NCBI GenBank assembly: GCA_900550855.1
Contig: URTQ01000001.1
Span: 1 to 34,840 of the forward strand
DNA length: 34,840 nucleotides
Source of the DNA: an uncultured Eubacteriales bacterium
GTDB taxonomy: Bacteria > Bacillota > Clostridia > Christensenellales > CAG-917
Reading direction: 5' to 3'
Shown here piece by piece: positions 17,294-25,895 of the stretch (the first letter of the stretch is position 1; every line of letters starts with the position of its first letter). The notes below the pieces were generated by a model. The model had not been told where the DNA came from. It saw nothing but the letters and a program-made list of their open reading frames with translations, and did no database searches. Position numbers and translations under genes: made by a program.

Positions 17294-17551
17294 TTATTTG
17301 GCTTTCTCGACTATTTCGACGAGTCTCCAACACTTGTCCTTGGAAAGAGGACGAGTTTCTTGGATGAGCACCTTGTCGCCAATTCCGCAAGCGTTGTTTT
17401 CGTCGTGCGCTTTGAACTTCTTGGTGCGGTTTACGATTTTCTTGTAGAGGGGATGTTTTACACGTTCGCTGACTGCGACGACGATGGTTTTGTCCATCTT
17501 ATCGCTCACGACGATACCCACTCTTTCTTTTCTCAAATTTCTTTCTTCCAT
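17294..17551 (-). CDS. rpsQ: 30S ribosomal protein S17 (uS17)
   Basis: [21 protein letters not shown]...HPLYKKIV...KAHDENN. Confidence 0.95.
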   Translation of the reverse strand: MEERNLRKERVGIVVSDKMDKTIVVAVSERVKHPLYKKIVNRTKKFKAHDENNACGIGDKVLIQETRPLSKDKCWRLVEIVEKAK

Positions 17552-17563
17552 ACGTTCCTCCGA

Positions 17564-17779
17564 TTAGCCCTTTGCCTCGTCTTTTGCGCGAGCAATTTCT
17601 CTTTGACGGATGACAGTCTTGATACGGGCAATGTCGCGACGCGTTTCAACGATAACCATAGGGTTGGTCAGTTGATTCGTGGCGTTTTTGAAGCGAAGGA
17701 AAAACAATTCCGACTTCAATTCGTTGAGTTTGGTTTGCAACTCTTTATCTGTCATTTCCAAAACTTGTTTCGATTTCAT
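17564..17779 (-). CDS. rpmC: 50S ribosomal protein L29 (uL29)
   Basis: [27 protein letters not shown] overlap with the rplP stop. Confidence 0.93.
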   Translation of the reverse strand: MKSKQVLEMTDKELQTKLNELKSELFFLRFKNATNQLTNPMVIVETRRDIARIKTVIRQREIARAKDEAKG

Positions 17780-18213
17780 TGTTCACCGCCTTCGACACCG
17801 TTCACGTCCTCTGCTCTGACAAACTTGCACTTGACGGGAAGTTTGTTTGCTGCAAGACGGAGTGCCTCTTTTGCTACTGCTTCGTCGATGCCTGCGATTT
17901 CAAACATCACACGGCCCGGCTTGACGACTGCTACCCAGTATTCGGGAGAACCTTTACCTGAACCCATACGAGTTTCGGCAGGTTTCTTTGTTACGGGTTT
18001 GTGAGGGAAAATATCCACCCAGACTTGTCCGCCACGACGGATGTATCTCGTCATAGCGACACGCGCTGCTTCGATTTGGTTGGAGGTAATCCAGCCCGGC
18101 TCTGTCGAAACAAGACCGTATTCGCCGTATGCGACGATGTTGCCCTTGTTTGCTTTGCCTTTCATTCTGCCACGCATTTGGCGACGTCTTTTGACGCGTT
18201 TAGGCATTAACAT
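17776..18213 (-). CDS. rplP: 50S ribosomal protein L16 (uL16)
   Basis: [19 protein letters not shown] and [22 protein letters not shown]. Confidence 0.95.
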   Translation of the reverse strand: MLMPKRVKRRRQMRGRMKGKANKGNIVAYGEYGLVSTEPGWITSNQIEAARVAMTRYIRRGGQVWVDIFPHKPVTKKPAETRMGSGKGSPEYWVAVVKPGRVMFEIAGIDEAVAKEALRLAANKLPVKCKFVRAEDVNGVEGGEQ

Positions 18214-18875
18214 TATTGATTTCCTCCTTCAAGTGGATTTTTGCCAAGGATTTCGCCCTTGTAGATCCAGCATTTGACGCCGATTGCGCCGAATGTGGTG
18301 TTTGCGGTTGCTACGCCGTAATCGATGTCTGCACGAAGGGTTTGAAGCGGGATAGAACCTTCACGGTATTGTTCGCTTCTTGCGATTTCAGCGCCGTCGA
18401 GTCTGCCGCTGACCATCGTCTTGACGCCCTTTGCGCCCGCTTTCATAGCCTTGGACATTGCTTGTTTCATTGCGCGACGGAAGGAAGCGCGTCCTTCGAG
18501 TTGTTTCGCAATGCCTTCTGCAACGAGTTGAGCGTCTGCATCGGGATGTTTGACTTCCATAATGTTGATGCTCACTTTCTTGTCGCCGGAAACGAGTTTT
18601 TCAACTTCTTTCTTGATTTCTTCAACGCCTGCGCCTGCTTTGCCGATGAGGACTGCGGGGCGTGCGGTGTAGATTGCGACTACGAGTTTATCTGCTGCTC
18701 TTTCGAGTACGATTTTTGAAATTGCCGTATCGTAGTATTTCTTTTTGATGAATTTGCGGACTTTATTGTCTTCGACGATGTTGTCTGCAAAGTGCGCCTT
18801 GTCGGCATACCATTTAGAACTCCACGATTTGATGACGCCTGTACGAAGACCGTTTGGATCGACTTTTTGTCCCAT
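18213..18875 (-). CDS. rpsC: 30S ribosomal protein S3 (uS3)
   Basis: [24 protein letters not shown] and [31 protein letters not shown]. Confidence 0.95.
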   Translation of the reverse strand: MGQKVDPNGLRTGVIKSWSSKWYADKAHFADNIVEDNKVRKFIKKKYYDTAISKIVLERAADKLVVAIYTARPAVLIGKAGAGVEEIKKEVEKLVSGDKKVSINIMEVKHPDADAQLVAEGIAKQLEGRASFRRAMKQAMSKAMKAGAKGVKTMVSGRLDGAEIARSEQYREGSIPLQTLRADIDYGVATANTTFGAIGVKCWIYKGEILGKNPLEGGNQ

Positions 18876-18890
18876 TGTGTATACCTCCTA

Positions 18891-19280
18891 TTACGCTTTC
18901 ACCGTGTCAAGAATGACCGTGATATGACTTGTTCTCTTGTTGATACGATACGCTCTGCCCTTGGACACCGCTTGGATACGTTTGAGGGTCGGACCTTCGT
19001 TTGCGTAGCACTCTGCGATATACATATCGTTTCTTGCGAGATTTTGATTGTTTTCGCCGTTTGCCGCCGCGCTGTTAACCAACTTGATAAGGGGTTCGCT
19101 TGCAGCCTTGGGCGTGTTTTCCAAAATAGCGATTGCTTCTGTTACCGATTTGCCTCTGATGATGTCGAGAACGATGCGGACCTTGAAGGGAGAGATTCTG
19201 ACGAATTTAGCCGTTGCACAAGGTCTTGTATCCGCTTTTGCTTGACGGTCCAAGGCTTTTTGTTTACTTCTTGTTGCCAT
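18891..19280 (-). CDS. rplV: 50S ribosomal protein L22 (uL22)
   Basis: ATAKFVRISPFKVRIVLDIIRGKSVTEAIAIL. Confidence 0.95.
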   Translation of the reverse strand: MATRSKQKALDRQAKADTRPCATAKFVRISPFKVRIVLDIIRGKSVTEAIAILENTPKAASEPLIKLVNSAAANGENNQNLARNDMYIAECYANEGPTLKRIQAVSKGRAYRINKRTSHITVILDTVKA

Positions 19281-19292
19281 ATCTTCCTCCTA

Positions 19293-19565
19293 TTACTTCG
19301 TAGTCTTTGCGCCCGCGTGACCTCTGAACGTACGCGTAGGTGCAAATTCGCCGAGTTTGCAACCGACCATATCTTCCGTGATATATACGGGGACGTGTTG
19401 CTTACCGTTGTGAACTGCGATCGTGTGACCGACCATTTCGGGGAAAATCGTGGAACTTCTGGACCAAGTTTTAACGGATTGACGTTCACCGGACGCGTTC
19501 ATCGCATTGATTCTGTTCATAAGGCGTTCTTCTACATAAGGGCCTTTTTTAACACTTCTACTCAT
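19293..19565 (-). CDS. rpsS: 30S ribosomal protein S19 (uS19)
   Basis: [11 protein letters not shown] and [38 protein letters not shown]. Confidence 0.95.
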   Translation of the reverse strand: MSRSVKKGPYVEERLMNRINAMNASGERQSVKTWSRSSTIFPEMVGHTIAVHNGKQHVPVYITEDMVGCKLGEFAPTRTFRGHAGAKTTK

Positions 19566-19577
19566 TTTGTCCTCCGA

Positions 19578-20405
19578 TTAGTTCACACGCTTAATAATGA
19601 ACTTATTAGATTTGTTCTTCTTCTTTCTGGTCTTATAACCGAGAGCAGGTTTGCCCCAAGGTGTGACAGGTGAAGGCATACCGACAGGTGACTTGCCTTC
19701 GCCGCCGCCGTGCGGGTGGTCGTTCGGGTTCATAACGACACCACGAACGGTCGGACGCACGCCCATGTGGCGGGTCTTACCGGCTTTGCCGACGCGCACG
19801 ATTTCGTGATCGATGTTGCCGACTTGACCGACTGTCGCTCTGCAATTGATGAGAACGTATCTCATTTCGCCGCTGGGCATACGCACGATTGCGTATTTAC
19901 CTTCTTTTGCCATAAGTTGTGCCGCATTGCCAGCCGCTCTTGCGATGATTCCGCCGTTGCCCGGTTGAAGCTCGATGTTGTGAATCATAGTACCGACGGG
20001 GATTGCGGAAAGAGGAAGTGCGTTGCCGACTTTGATGTCTGCGTGCTCGCCGCTTTCGAGAACGTCGCCGACGTTGAGTCCCAAAGGTGCGAGGATATAT
20101 TTCTTTTCGCCGTCAGCATAGTGCAAAAGCGCGATGTTTGCGGAACGGTTGGGGTCGTATTCGATGGAAGCGACTTTTGCGGGGATACCGTCTTTGTTGC
20201 GCTTGTAGTCGATGATACGATATTTGTTTCTGTTGCCGCCGCCGATGTGACGAACGGTGATTCTGCCCATAGAGTTTCTGCCGCCGCTCTTATTGAGTGA
20301 CACCAAGAGTGAACGCTCGGGCGTTGTGCTTGTGATCTCCTCGTATGCAGACACCGTCATAAAACGACGTGCAGGAGACGTTGGTTTATATTTCTTAATA
20401 GCCAT
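19578..20405 (-). CDS. rplB: 50S ribosomal protein L2 (uL2)
   Basis: [14 protein letters not shown] and [16 protein letters not shown]. Confidence 0.95.
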   Translation of the reverse strand: MAIKKYKPTSPARRFMTVSAYEEITSTTPERSLLVSLNKSGGRNSMGRITVRHIGGGNRNKYRIIDYKRNKDGIPAKVASIEYDPNRSANIALLHYADGEKKYILAPLGLNVGDVLESGEHADIKVGNALPLSAIPVGTMIHNIELQPGNGGIIARAAGNAAQLMAKEGKYAIVRMPSGEMRYVLINCRATVGQVGNIDHEIVRVGKAGKTRHMGVRPTVRGVVMNPNDHPHGGGEGKSPVGMPSPVTPWGKPALGYKTRKKKNKSNKFIIKRVN

Positions 20406-20419
20406 ATTCTTTACTCTCC

Positions 20420-20710
20420 TTATGCCAAGCTCTCGAAGAATTCGATTGCCTTACTGTCGTCGGTAAGAGTGACGATAGCTTTCTTGAAAGCAGAGCGTCT
20501 GCCTTCGTTTCTGCCCATTCTCTTCACTTTGCCGTCGTAGTTGGATGTATTGACTTTGTCAACTTTCACTTGGAAGATTTGCTCGACCGCAGCCTTGATT
20601 TGCGTTTTGGTTGCAGATTTGACAACCTTGAACGTGTATCTCTTGTTTGCGATGCCGTCATAACTCTTTTCGGAAAGGATAGGCTCGATAATGATGTCGT
20701 ATGCTGTCAT
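20420..20710 (-). CDS. rplW: 50S ribosomal protein L23 (uL23)
   Basis: [40 protein letters not shown]. Overlaps the rplD stop. Confidence 0.93.
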   Translation of the reverse strand: MTAYDIIIEPILSEKSYDGIANKRYTFKVVKSATKTQIKAAVEQIFQVKVDKVNTSNYDGKVKRMGRNEGRRSAFKKAIVTLTDDSKAIEFFESLA

Positions 20711-21327
20711 TGTGCTGCCTCCTCGAGTTTTTTAAGTGCGTCAACCGTGATGACGATGTTCTTCGTTGCGACTACGTCGTAAACGCTGAGGGTTCTTGCT
20801 TCGCAAACTTCGACGGAAGGAATGTTCTTGCTGGCTTTGAGCGCGACTTGGTCGTACTCGTCGAGGACGAACATAACTTTGCCGTTGAGAGAGAGTGCTT
20901 TAACCGTTCCCGCAACGAGTTTGGTTTTTGCTTCTGCGAGTGCAAATTTGTCAAGAACGACCACTTCGTTTTGACGAATCTTTTCAGAAAGCGCGGAATA
21001 GAACGCGGCTGTCTTCATACTCTTGTTGATTTTTTGAGAGAAATCTCTGGGTTTCTTTGCGAACACCACGCCGCCTCCGACGTATTGAGGTGCGACGATG
21101 GAGCCTTGACGCGCACGACCCGTACCTTTTTGACGATAAGGCTTGCAGCCGCCGCCGCGAACTTCCGTTCTGGTGAGCGCGCTCATAGTGCCTTGACGCT
21201 TGTTTGCGAGTTGTGCAACGACCACTTGGTGAATAAGTGCTTCGTTATAGTCGCGTGCAAAGATGGAATCGCTGATTTCTACCGTTCCGGCTTTTTTGCC
21301 TGCCATATTCAAAACGTTCAGTTTCAT
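20707..21327 (-). CDS. rplD: 50S ribosomal protein L4 (uL4)
   Basis: RQGTMSALTRTEVRGGGCKPYRQKGTGRARQGS. Confidence 0.95.
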   Translation of the reverse strand: MKLNVLNMAGKKAGTVEISDSIFARDYNEALIHQVVVAQLANKRQGTMSALTRTEVRGGGCKPYRQKGTGRARQGSIVAPQYVGGGVVFAKKPRDFSQKINKSMKTAAFYSALSEKIRQNEVVVLDKFALAEAKTKLVAGTVKALSLNGKVMFVLDEYDQVALKASKNIPSVEVCEARTLSVYDVVATKNIVITVDALKKLEEAAQ

Positions 21328-21340
21328 ATTCTACCTCCGC

Positions 21341-21976
21341 TTAACCCTTGATGGATTCCTTCACGACGACTACGCCGCCCTTCGGTCCGGGGATTGCACC
21401 CTTGATGAGAAGAAGATTTCTTGCTGCATCTACGCGTGCGACAGTAAGGTTTTGGACAGTAACCTTTTCGTGTCCCCATTGTCCTGCCATATGTTTGTTC
21501 TTGAACACTCTCGACGGAGAGGAACAAGCACCCATAGAACCGACGCTTCTGTGAATAGGACCGGTACCGTGAGTCATAGGACCGATTCTGTGAGAGTTCC
21601 ATCTTTGGATGACGCCCGAATAGCCGTGACCTTTGGAAGTGCCGGTAACGTCAACTTTGTCGCCCTCTGTGAACATGTCGCAGGTCAGTTCCTGTCCGAG
21701 CGTGTAGCTCGCGCAGTTTGCGAAACGGAATTCACGAAGGTACTTCTTGACGGTTACGCCCGCTTTCTTGAAGTGTCCGGCAACCGGCTTGTTTACTCTT
21801 GTTTCCTTGACGGTGCCGAAGCCGACTTGAACCGCTTCGTATCCGTCGTTCTCTTTGGTCTTTATCTGCACGACCGGGCACGGACCCGCTTCCACAACGG
21901 TTACGGGGATAACCTTGCCTTCCGCAGTAAAGATCTGGCTCATACCGATTTTTTTACCGATGATTGCTTTATCCAT
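21341..21976 (-). CDS. rplC: 50S ribosomal protein L3 (uL3)
   Basis: [29 protein letters not shown] and [15 protein letters not shown]. Confidence 0.95.
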   Translation of the reverse strand: MDKAIIGKKIGMSQIFTAEGKVIPVTVVEAGPCPVVQIKTKENDGYEAVQVGFGTVKETRVNKPVAGHFKKAGVTVKKYLREFRFANCASYTLGQELTCDMFTEGDKVDVTGTSKGHGYSGVIQRWNSHRIGPMTHGTGPIHRSVGSMGACSSPSRVFKNKHMAGQWGHEKVTVQNLTVARVDAARNLLLIKGAIPGPKGGVVVVKESIKG

Positions 21977-22002
21977 GTAAAGTTCATCCTCCTTTTATTT
22001 GC

Positions 22003-22311
22003 TTAGAGTTTGATCGAGATGTCCACACCTGCGGGCAAGTCGAGTTTCATCAAAGAATCGACCGTTTTGCTCGTGGGGTTGTAAATATCGATCAAACGCT
22101 TGTGAGTTCTGAGTTCAAATTGTTCGCGGCTGTCTTTGTATTTGTGAGTAGCACGCAAAATAGTGATGATTTCCTTTTCCGTGGGAAGAGGAATGGGACC
22201 GGAAACCTTCGTTCCCGTCTTTTTGACGGTCTCGACAATCTTCTCTGCGGAAAGATCGATAAGGTTGTGGTCGTAAGCCTTAAGTTTAATTCTGATCTTT
22301 TGTCCAGCCAT
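22003..22311 (-). CDS. rpsJ: 30S ribosomal protein S10 (uS10)
   Basis: [30 protein letters not shown]...GPIPLPT. SD AGGAGG. Confidence 0.95.
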   Translation of the reverse strand: MAGQKIRIKLKAYDHNLIDLSAEKIVETVKKTGTKVSGPIPLPTEKEIITILRATHKYKDSREQFELRTHKRLIDIYNPTSKTVDSLMKLDLPAGVDISIKL

Positions 22312-22409
22312 TATTAGCCTCCTATATTACACTTGTCCGTGTGTGTCTTATATTTTTTACCCGCCGCAACCGCGACGGAAAATGCGTATCTCTTTCGACA
22401 CGCTCGTTT

Positions 22410-22438
22410 ACTATATAATTTTTGAAAATTAAAGTCAA
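22410..22438 (-). promoter_or_regulatory. Strong sigma-70-type promoter of the S10 operon, with an A/T-rich upstream (UP-like) region
   Basis: On the minus strand, TTGACT (22438..22433), a 17-nt spacer, then TATAGT (22415..22410). The sequence upstream is an A/T-run (CATTTTTTTGC). This predicts a ~90-nt leader to the rpsJ ATG. Confidence 0.6.
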
Positions 22439-22710
22439 GCAAAAAAATGAGAATTTACGAATATTTTTCAAACTTGTGTCCGAAAACTCGAAATAACCGC
22501 AAAATCTTGTATATATGGATTACTTTTGTTTTCAAATAAAAGTGAATTATAAATATAATTGCGCGTGCCACGCACTCGGGTGTATCGAGGCAAAAACCGT
22601 CGTCAAGGCAACGACAACGCGCATAAAATGCGCATTGCCGAGAGCCTTGCTCGGTTTATTGCCTTCCCTACCGCGCAGAGAATTTGCGCTATTAAATCAA
22701 AAATTGAGAT

Positions 22711-22786
22711 GAAGAACAAGAAAACGCCCCTTTGATAGCAATCCTAACGTACATAGGCGTACGTGAATTGATAGCAAAGGGGCGTT
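22711..22786 (-). terminator. Rho-independent terminator after the ACS-domain-like gene (12-bp GC-rich stem, large loop with an inner hairpin)
   Basis: AACGCCCCTTTG (22723-22734) pairs with CAAAGGGGCGTT (22775-22786), with an inner ACGTAC...GTACGT stem. On the minus strand it is followed by TTTCTTGTTCTT. It begins 15 nt after the stop at 22802. Confidence 0.6.
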
Positions 22787-22801
22787 GCCGCAGTTATTCG
22801 C

Positions 22802-23557
22802 TCAATAGCGAGGTTTTGAAAGGTTGAGGTGCAACTCTCGCATGCCCTCTACCTCATCGCATATCTCTTTCAAATTGCAATGCGCACAGTCCACGAGTAC
22901 GTTGTCGAGAATGTGGTTGAATGCGGAAAGTATTTGCGAGGTATGAAGTGCAAAATTTTGTACGGGGTCAAAATCCGATGCGGTGTCGGCGACGAAAATC
23001 ACGGTGACGGCATTTACGACGTCGCGGCTCAAATAGGATTTTATTGTGGTTGCGCCGAGTGCCTCAAACGACAAACCTTTTTTGAGTGCGGTTTTTGAAA
23101 CGCGCACTTGCTCGCGCTGTCTGAAAGAAGAAGCGCGCATCATAAAGCCTTGCACGTTCTCTTTGTACTTTGCGTATTCCAAAGATTTGGTGAGGTCGAA
23201 AATCGCTTGTTCGTCCTCGGTCGCGTCCTTTACGGATATTAAAACTATCTTTGCGTAGTTACAATCGCGCTTGATGTCTTTGAGTTCTTTGCCGACCAAA
23301 ACGACTTTGTTTTCGACGGGCAAGTTGCCCGTAATGACGGTTGCGGCGGCGCAAGGCATATCGCTTCCGCCGAGTTCGTACGCGCTGTCCTTCGTCAAAA
23401 TCAGTTCGCTATGTTCGCTGACAGGCAAAGCCTTGCTCTCGTCGTAAGCGTAAATTTTGGTCGCGTTTTTCGCAACGTACGCCGTCAATTCGTTTATGTC
23501 GCTGTCAAAAATACTTATCATTTTCTTGCTGTGTTGTCTTATGCGATTTTGTGCCAT
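22802..23557 (-). CDS. Protein of unknown function resembling the middle domain of acetyl-CoA synthase (AcsB/CdhC), ending in CxxCx5C
   Basis: 251-aa ORF. By-eye alignment to AcsB residues ~305-515 (from memory): AYELGG, VRVSKTALKKGLSF, VTVIFVAD and a C-terminal DCAHCNLKEIC. No strong SD. It starts 16 nt after the CooC-like stop, so translational coupling is likely. The coding call is confident; the family assignment is tentative. Confidence 0.5.
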   Translation of the reverse strand: MAQNRIRQHSKKMISIFDSDINELTAYVAKNATKIYAYDESKALPVSEHSELILTKDSAYELGGSDMPCAAATVITGNLPVENKVVLVGKELKDIKRDCNYAKIVLISVKDATEDEQAIFDLTKSLEYAKYKENVQGFMMRASSFRQREQVRVSKTALKKGLSFEALGATTIKSYLSRDVVNAVTVIFVADTASDFDPVQNFALHTSQILSAFNHILDNVLVDCAHCNLKEICDEVEGMRELHLNLSKPRY

Positions 23558-23575
23558 TTTGCACGAAACGGCACT

Positions 23576-24340
23576 TTATTTGATTATTTCGAGTCCTTTA
23601 AGTGCTTCTTTCACACCAAGTACGACTTTCGAGTCGGCAGGAAGTTCAAACACGTTTTCGCCTTTGAGGTCAAACGAGGCAAGGTTTTTGTCGTCGCCTA
23701 TCGTGGCAAGAAGTTTCACGCCGTCGTAGTCGAGAGCGCGCACGGCAGCCTCGTCGGAAACGCGGTTTACGACGATTCCTATCTTGTCGTACATCACGAG
23801 TTCGTCGGCAACTTTCTTTATGGTCTTGCAAACGTCCCTACCCTTTTTCGACTGGTCGGTGACGAGAATAAGGTGAGTAACCTTTTCCATTACGCGACGA
23901 TTGATTTGCTCTATGCCCGCTTCGCCGTCGATAACGACGTAGTCGAAATCTTCTGACAAAATGCCGATTACGTCTTTGAGATACGCATTGATTTTGCAAT
24001 AGCAACCTGCGCTTTCGGGACGTCCTACCGCGATGAAAACGTAGCCGTCTTTTTCCACCATTGCGTCGAAAATGCGGAAGCGCGCCTCGTTGAGAAGTTC
24101 GATTGCGCCCTTTGCGTTGCCGTCCTCGACGTTTTCGATTATGCTCTTTCTTATGTCGTCTATTGTGGATTCCACTTCAACGCCGAGCGCAGTGGAAAGA
24201 CCTACCGCAGGGTCTGCGTCTATTGCCAAAATACGCTTGTCGGGATAGTTTTCAACCAACGTACGCACGATGGTTGCGGCAAGCGAAGTCTTGCCGACGC
24301 CGCCCTTTCCCGCGACTGCTATTATCGTTGCTTTTGCCAT
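23576..24340 (-). CDS. CooC/AcsF-family nickel-insertion ATPase (MinD/ParA fold)
   Basis: Deviant Walker A AGKGGVGKTS and the CooC-type Cys-x-Cys motif ESAGCYCKIN. The start was trimmed to the ATG at 24340 (MAKATIIAVAG), after GGAGGT. Confidence 0.85.
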   Translation of the reverse strand: MAKATIIAVAGKGGVGKTSLAATIVRTLVENYPDKRILAIDADPAVGLSTALGVEVESTIDDIRKSIIENVEDGNAKGAIELLNEARFRIFDAMVEKDGYVFIAVGRPESAGCYCKINAYLKDVIGILSEDFDYVVIDGEAGIEQINRRVMEKVTHLILVTDQSKKGRDVCKTIKKVADELVMYDKIGIVVNRVSDEAAVRALDYDGVKLLATIGDDKNLASFDLKGENVFELPADSKVVLGVKEALKGLEIIK

Positions 24341-24370
24341 AACATACCTCCGTCGCAAAGCGACGCTAAT

Positions 24371-24399
24371 ATAATACAACTTCCTCGACATTTTGTCCA
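24371..24399 (-). promoter_or_regulatory. Candidate promoter of the CooC-like operon
   Basis: On the minus strand, TGGACA (24399..24394), a 17-nt spacer, then TATTAT (24376..24371). The short leader contains a CGTCGC-TTT-GCGACG hairpin abutting the SD. Confidence 0.4.
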
Positions 24400-24588
24400 C
24401 ATTTATAAGGAATATCCTCTTGTTAACATTCTACACTCGTTTATACACCTCATTCGCGACATTATAGCCCACCACATCTTTTTTAGTCACGCAAGAAATC
24501 CATCGTTACGCTTTATCATTTGTCCCGATACTTCAATTAGCAATAAAACATTTTTATGCAAAACTAAGTTCTTTTTAAGAATAAAATA

Positions 24589-24617
24589 TTGATTTTTCAA
24601 ACAAATCATATTAAAAT
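24589..24617 (+). promoter_or_regulatory. Candidate promoter of the lipoprotein gene
   Basis: TTGATT (24589-24594), a 17-nt spacer, then TAAAAT (24612-24617), 47 nt upstream of the ATG. SD AAGAGGT. Confidence 0.45.
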
Positions 24618-24664
24618 TTCAGCAATAAAAAAATTAGTGCTTTGCACTTAAAAAGAGGTAAAAT

Positions 24665-25777
24665 ATGAAAAAGAAAAGTATAATTCTTTTGCTTTGTCTT
24701 GTAGTAATAACGATTATCGGCGTTTTTGCGCTTTCGGCGTGCGGGGACTCGGAAGAACCCGAACCGACTGCTACAAAACACAACGTTACCGTGCAATCAA
24801 CCGCCGAGTGCTCTGTTTCCGTCGATAAAACGCAAGCGGAATTTGCAGAAACAGTAACTATTACGGTAGATTTGAAAGTTACGGACAAATACATCGAAAA
24901 GGTTACCTACAACGGACAAGAAGCAACCAAGCGTTCAAAAAACACATATGATTTCCTTATGGGAAACGACGACGTTGTAGTTGCCGTCGAATTGAAAGAG
25001 TATCAACAACTTCTTATCGATCCAAACGGCTTTGCCACATATCTCACCCTAAATCCTACGACTATTGCTAAAAACAACGGAACGATTTCACTCACGGTGT
25101 CGTTGCACTCAAATTATATGACGATTCTGAACTGGGATATTCAATCCACAAATCAAGCGGCGATTCCCGGATCGAGCGTAAAGAATTCTTATTCCGAACT
25201 CGACGAAAGCGGCGCAATATCGGCGGAAGTGCAAACATCGAGTTCAAGCAATGTCATTACCTCTCTTAAAATTTATATCGATACGGATAAAACCGAAAGC
25301 GGCAAGACTTTCCTTCTCATAAATCTTCAAAACGGAAACTCGTCATCTCAAAGCGCAAGTCTTGTTGTTCCGATCACTGTTGCGGAAGACATTGTCACAA
25401 CAAAGTGGAACGAAACCTTGATTTTTGACGTGTCTGCTCTTCCAAACAACGTAAAACAAGGCAAATTCAACATATATGTCAACGACTATGATTATGTTTC
25501 TGGAAGCGACAACAAGCAAGATCAAAATTTTGAAAATATGGAAGCCGATGACAACGACAAAATAAAAATTAATATAGAATATGTACCGACAAGACGATAC
25601 TATATCTCAATCTGGTTTGTAGAACAGGACGGTTCTCTCACTTGTTATGCCCTTGCAGATACGATCGGGTCGGGTTCAAGTGCCATCGGTTTCAACCAAT
25701 TCAAAAACTCTATGCTCACCCTTCTTTCGAATGGTCAAAGTTTTGAATTGACCGTACTAAACAAAATCGAGCACTGA
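24665..25777 (+). CDS. Secreted lipoprotein of unknown function
   Basis: Signal peptide MKKKSIILLLCLVVITIIGVFALSAC with lipobox LSAC followed by G. The mature part is Ser/Thr/Asn-rich and beta-rich in character, with no motif I recognise. Confidence 0.85.
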   Translation: MKKKSIILLLCLVVITIIGVFALSACGDSEEPEPTATKHNVTVQSTAECSVSVDKTQAEFAETVTITVDLKVTDKYIEKVTYNGQEATKRSKNTYDFLMGNDDVVVAVELKEYQQLLIDPNGFATYLTLNPTTIAKNNGTISLTVSLHSNYMTILNWDIQSTNQAAIPGSSVKNSYSELDESGAISAEVQTSSSSNVITSLKIYIDTDKTESGKTFLLINLQNGNSSSQSASLVVPITVAEDIVTTKWNETLIFDVSALPNNVKQGKFNIYVNDYDYVSGSDNKQDQNFENMEADDNDKIKINIEYVPTRRYYISIWFVEQDGSLTCYALADTIGSGSSAIGFNQFKNSMLTLLSNGQSFELTVLNKIEH

Positions 25778-25800
25778 AACCATACTTGTTTACGGCAAAA

Positions 25801-25838
25801 TGACAACCGAAATGTACGCGAGTGACAACTAAAATGTA
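25801..25838 (+). repeat. Two 16-bp direct repeats with a 22-bp period, just upstream of and abutting the tldD promoter
   Basis: TGACAACCGAAATGTA (25801-25816) and TGACAACTAAAATGTA (25823-25838), 14/16 identical. The second copy is part of the inverted repeat CTAAAATGT-ATTT-ACATTTTAG (25829-25850). Confidence 0.5.
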
Positions 25839-25867
25839 TTTACATTTTAGCCCGTCGGCTTTATAAT
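25839..25867 (+). promoter_or_regulatory. Candidate promoter of tldD-tldE
   Basis: TTTACA (25839-25844), a 17-nt spacer, then TATAAT (25862-25867). SD GAAGGAG lies 5 nt before the ATG at 25896. Confidence 0.5.
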
Positions 25868-25895
25868 GAAACTATCAATTAATGAAGGAGCGATT

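Noticed and set aside
22515-22712. 65-aa plus-strand ORF in the S10 upstream gap
   Set aside because: It has no SD, and its composition is driven by the GC-rich palindromes. I treat it as a possible RNA or repeat element instead (see findings).
24611-24894. Minus-strand ORFs of 61 and 86 aa overlapping the lipoprotein 5' end
   Set aside because: They are antisense to a gene with a clear signal peptide, lipobox and SD, and they have no translation signals of their own.
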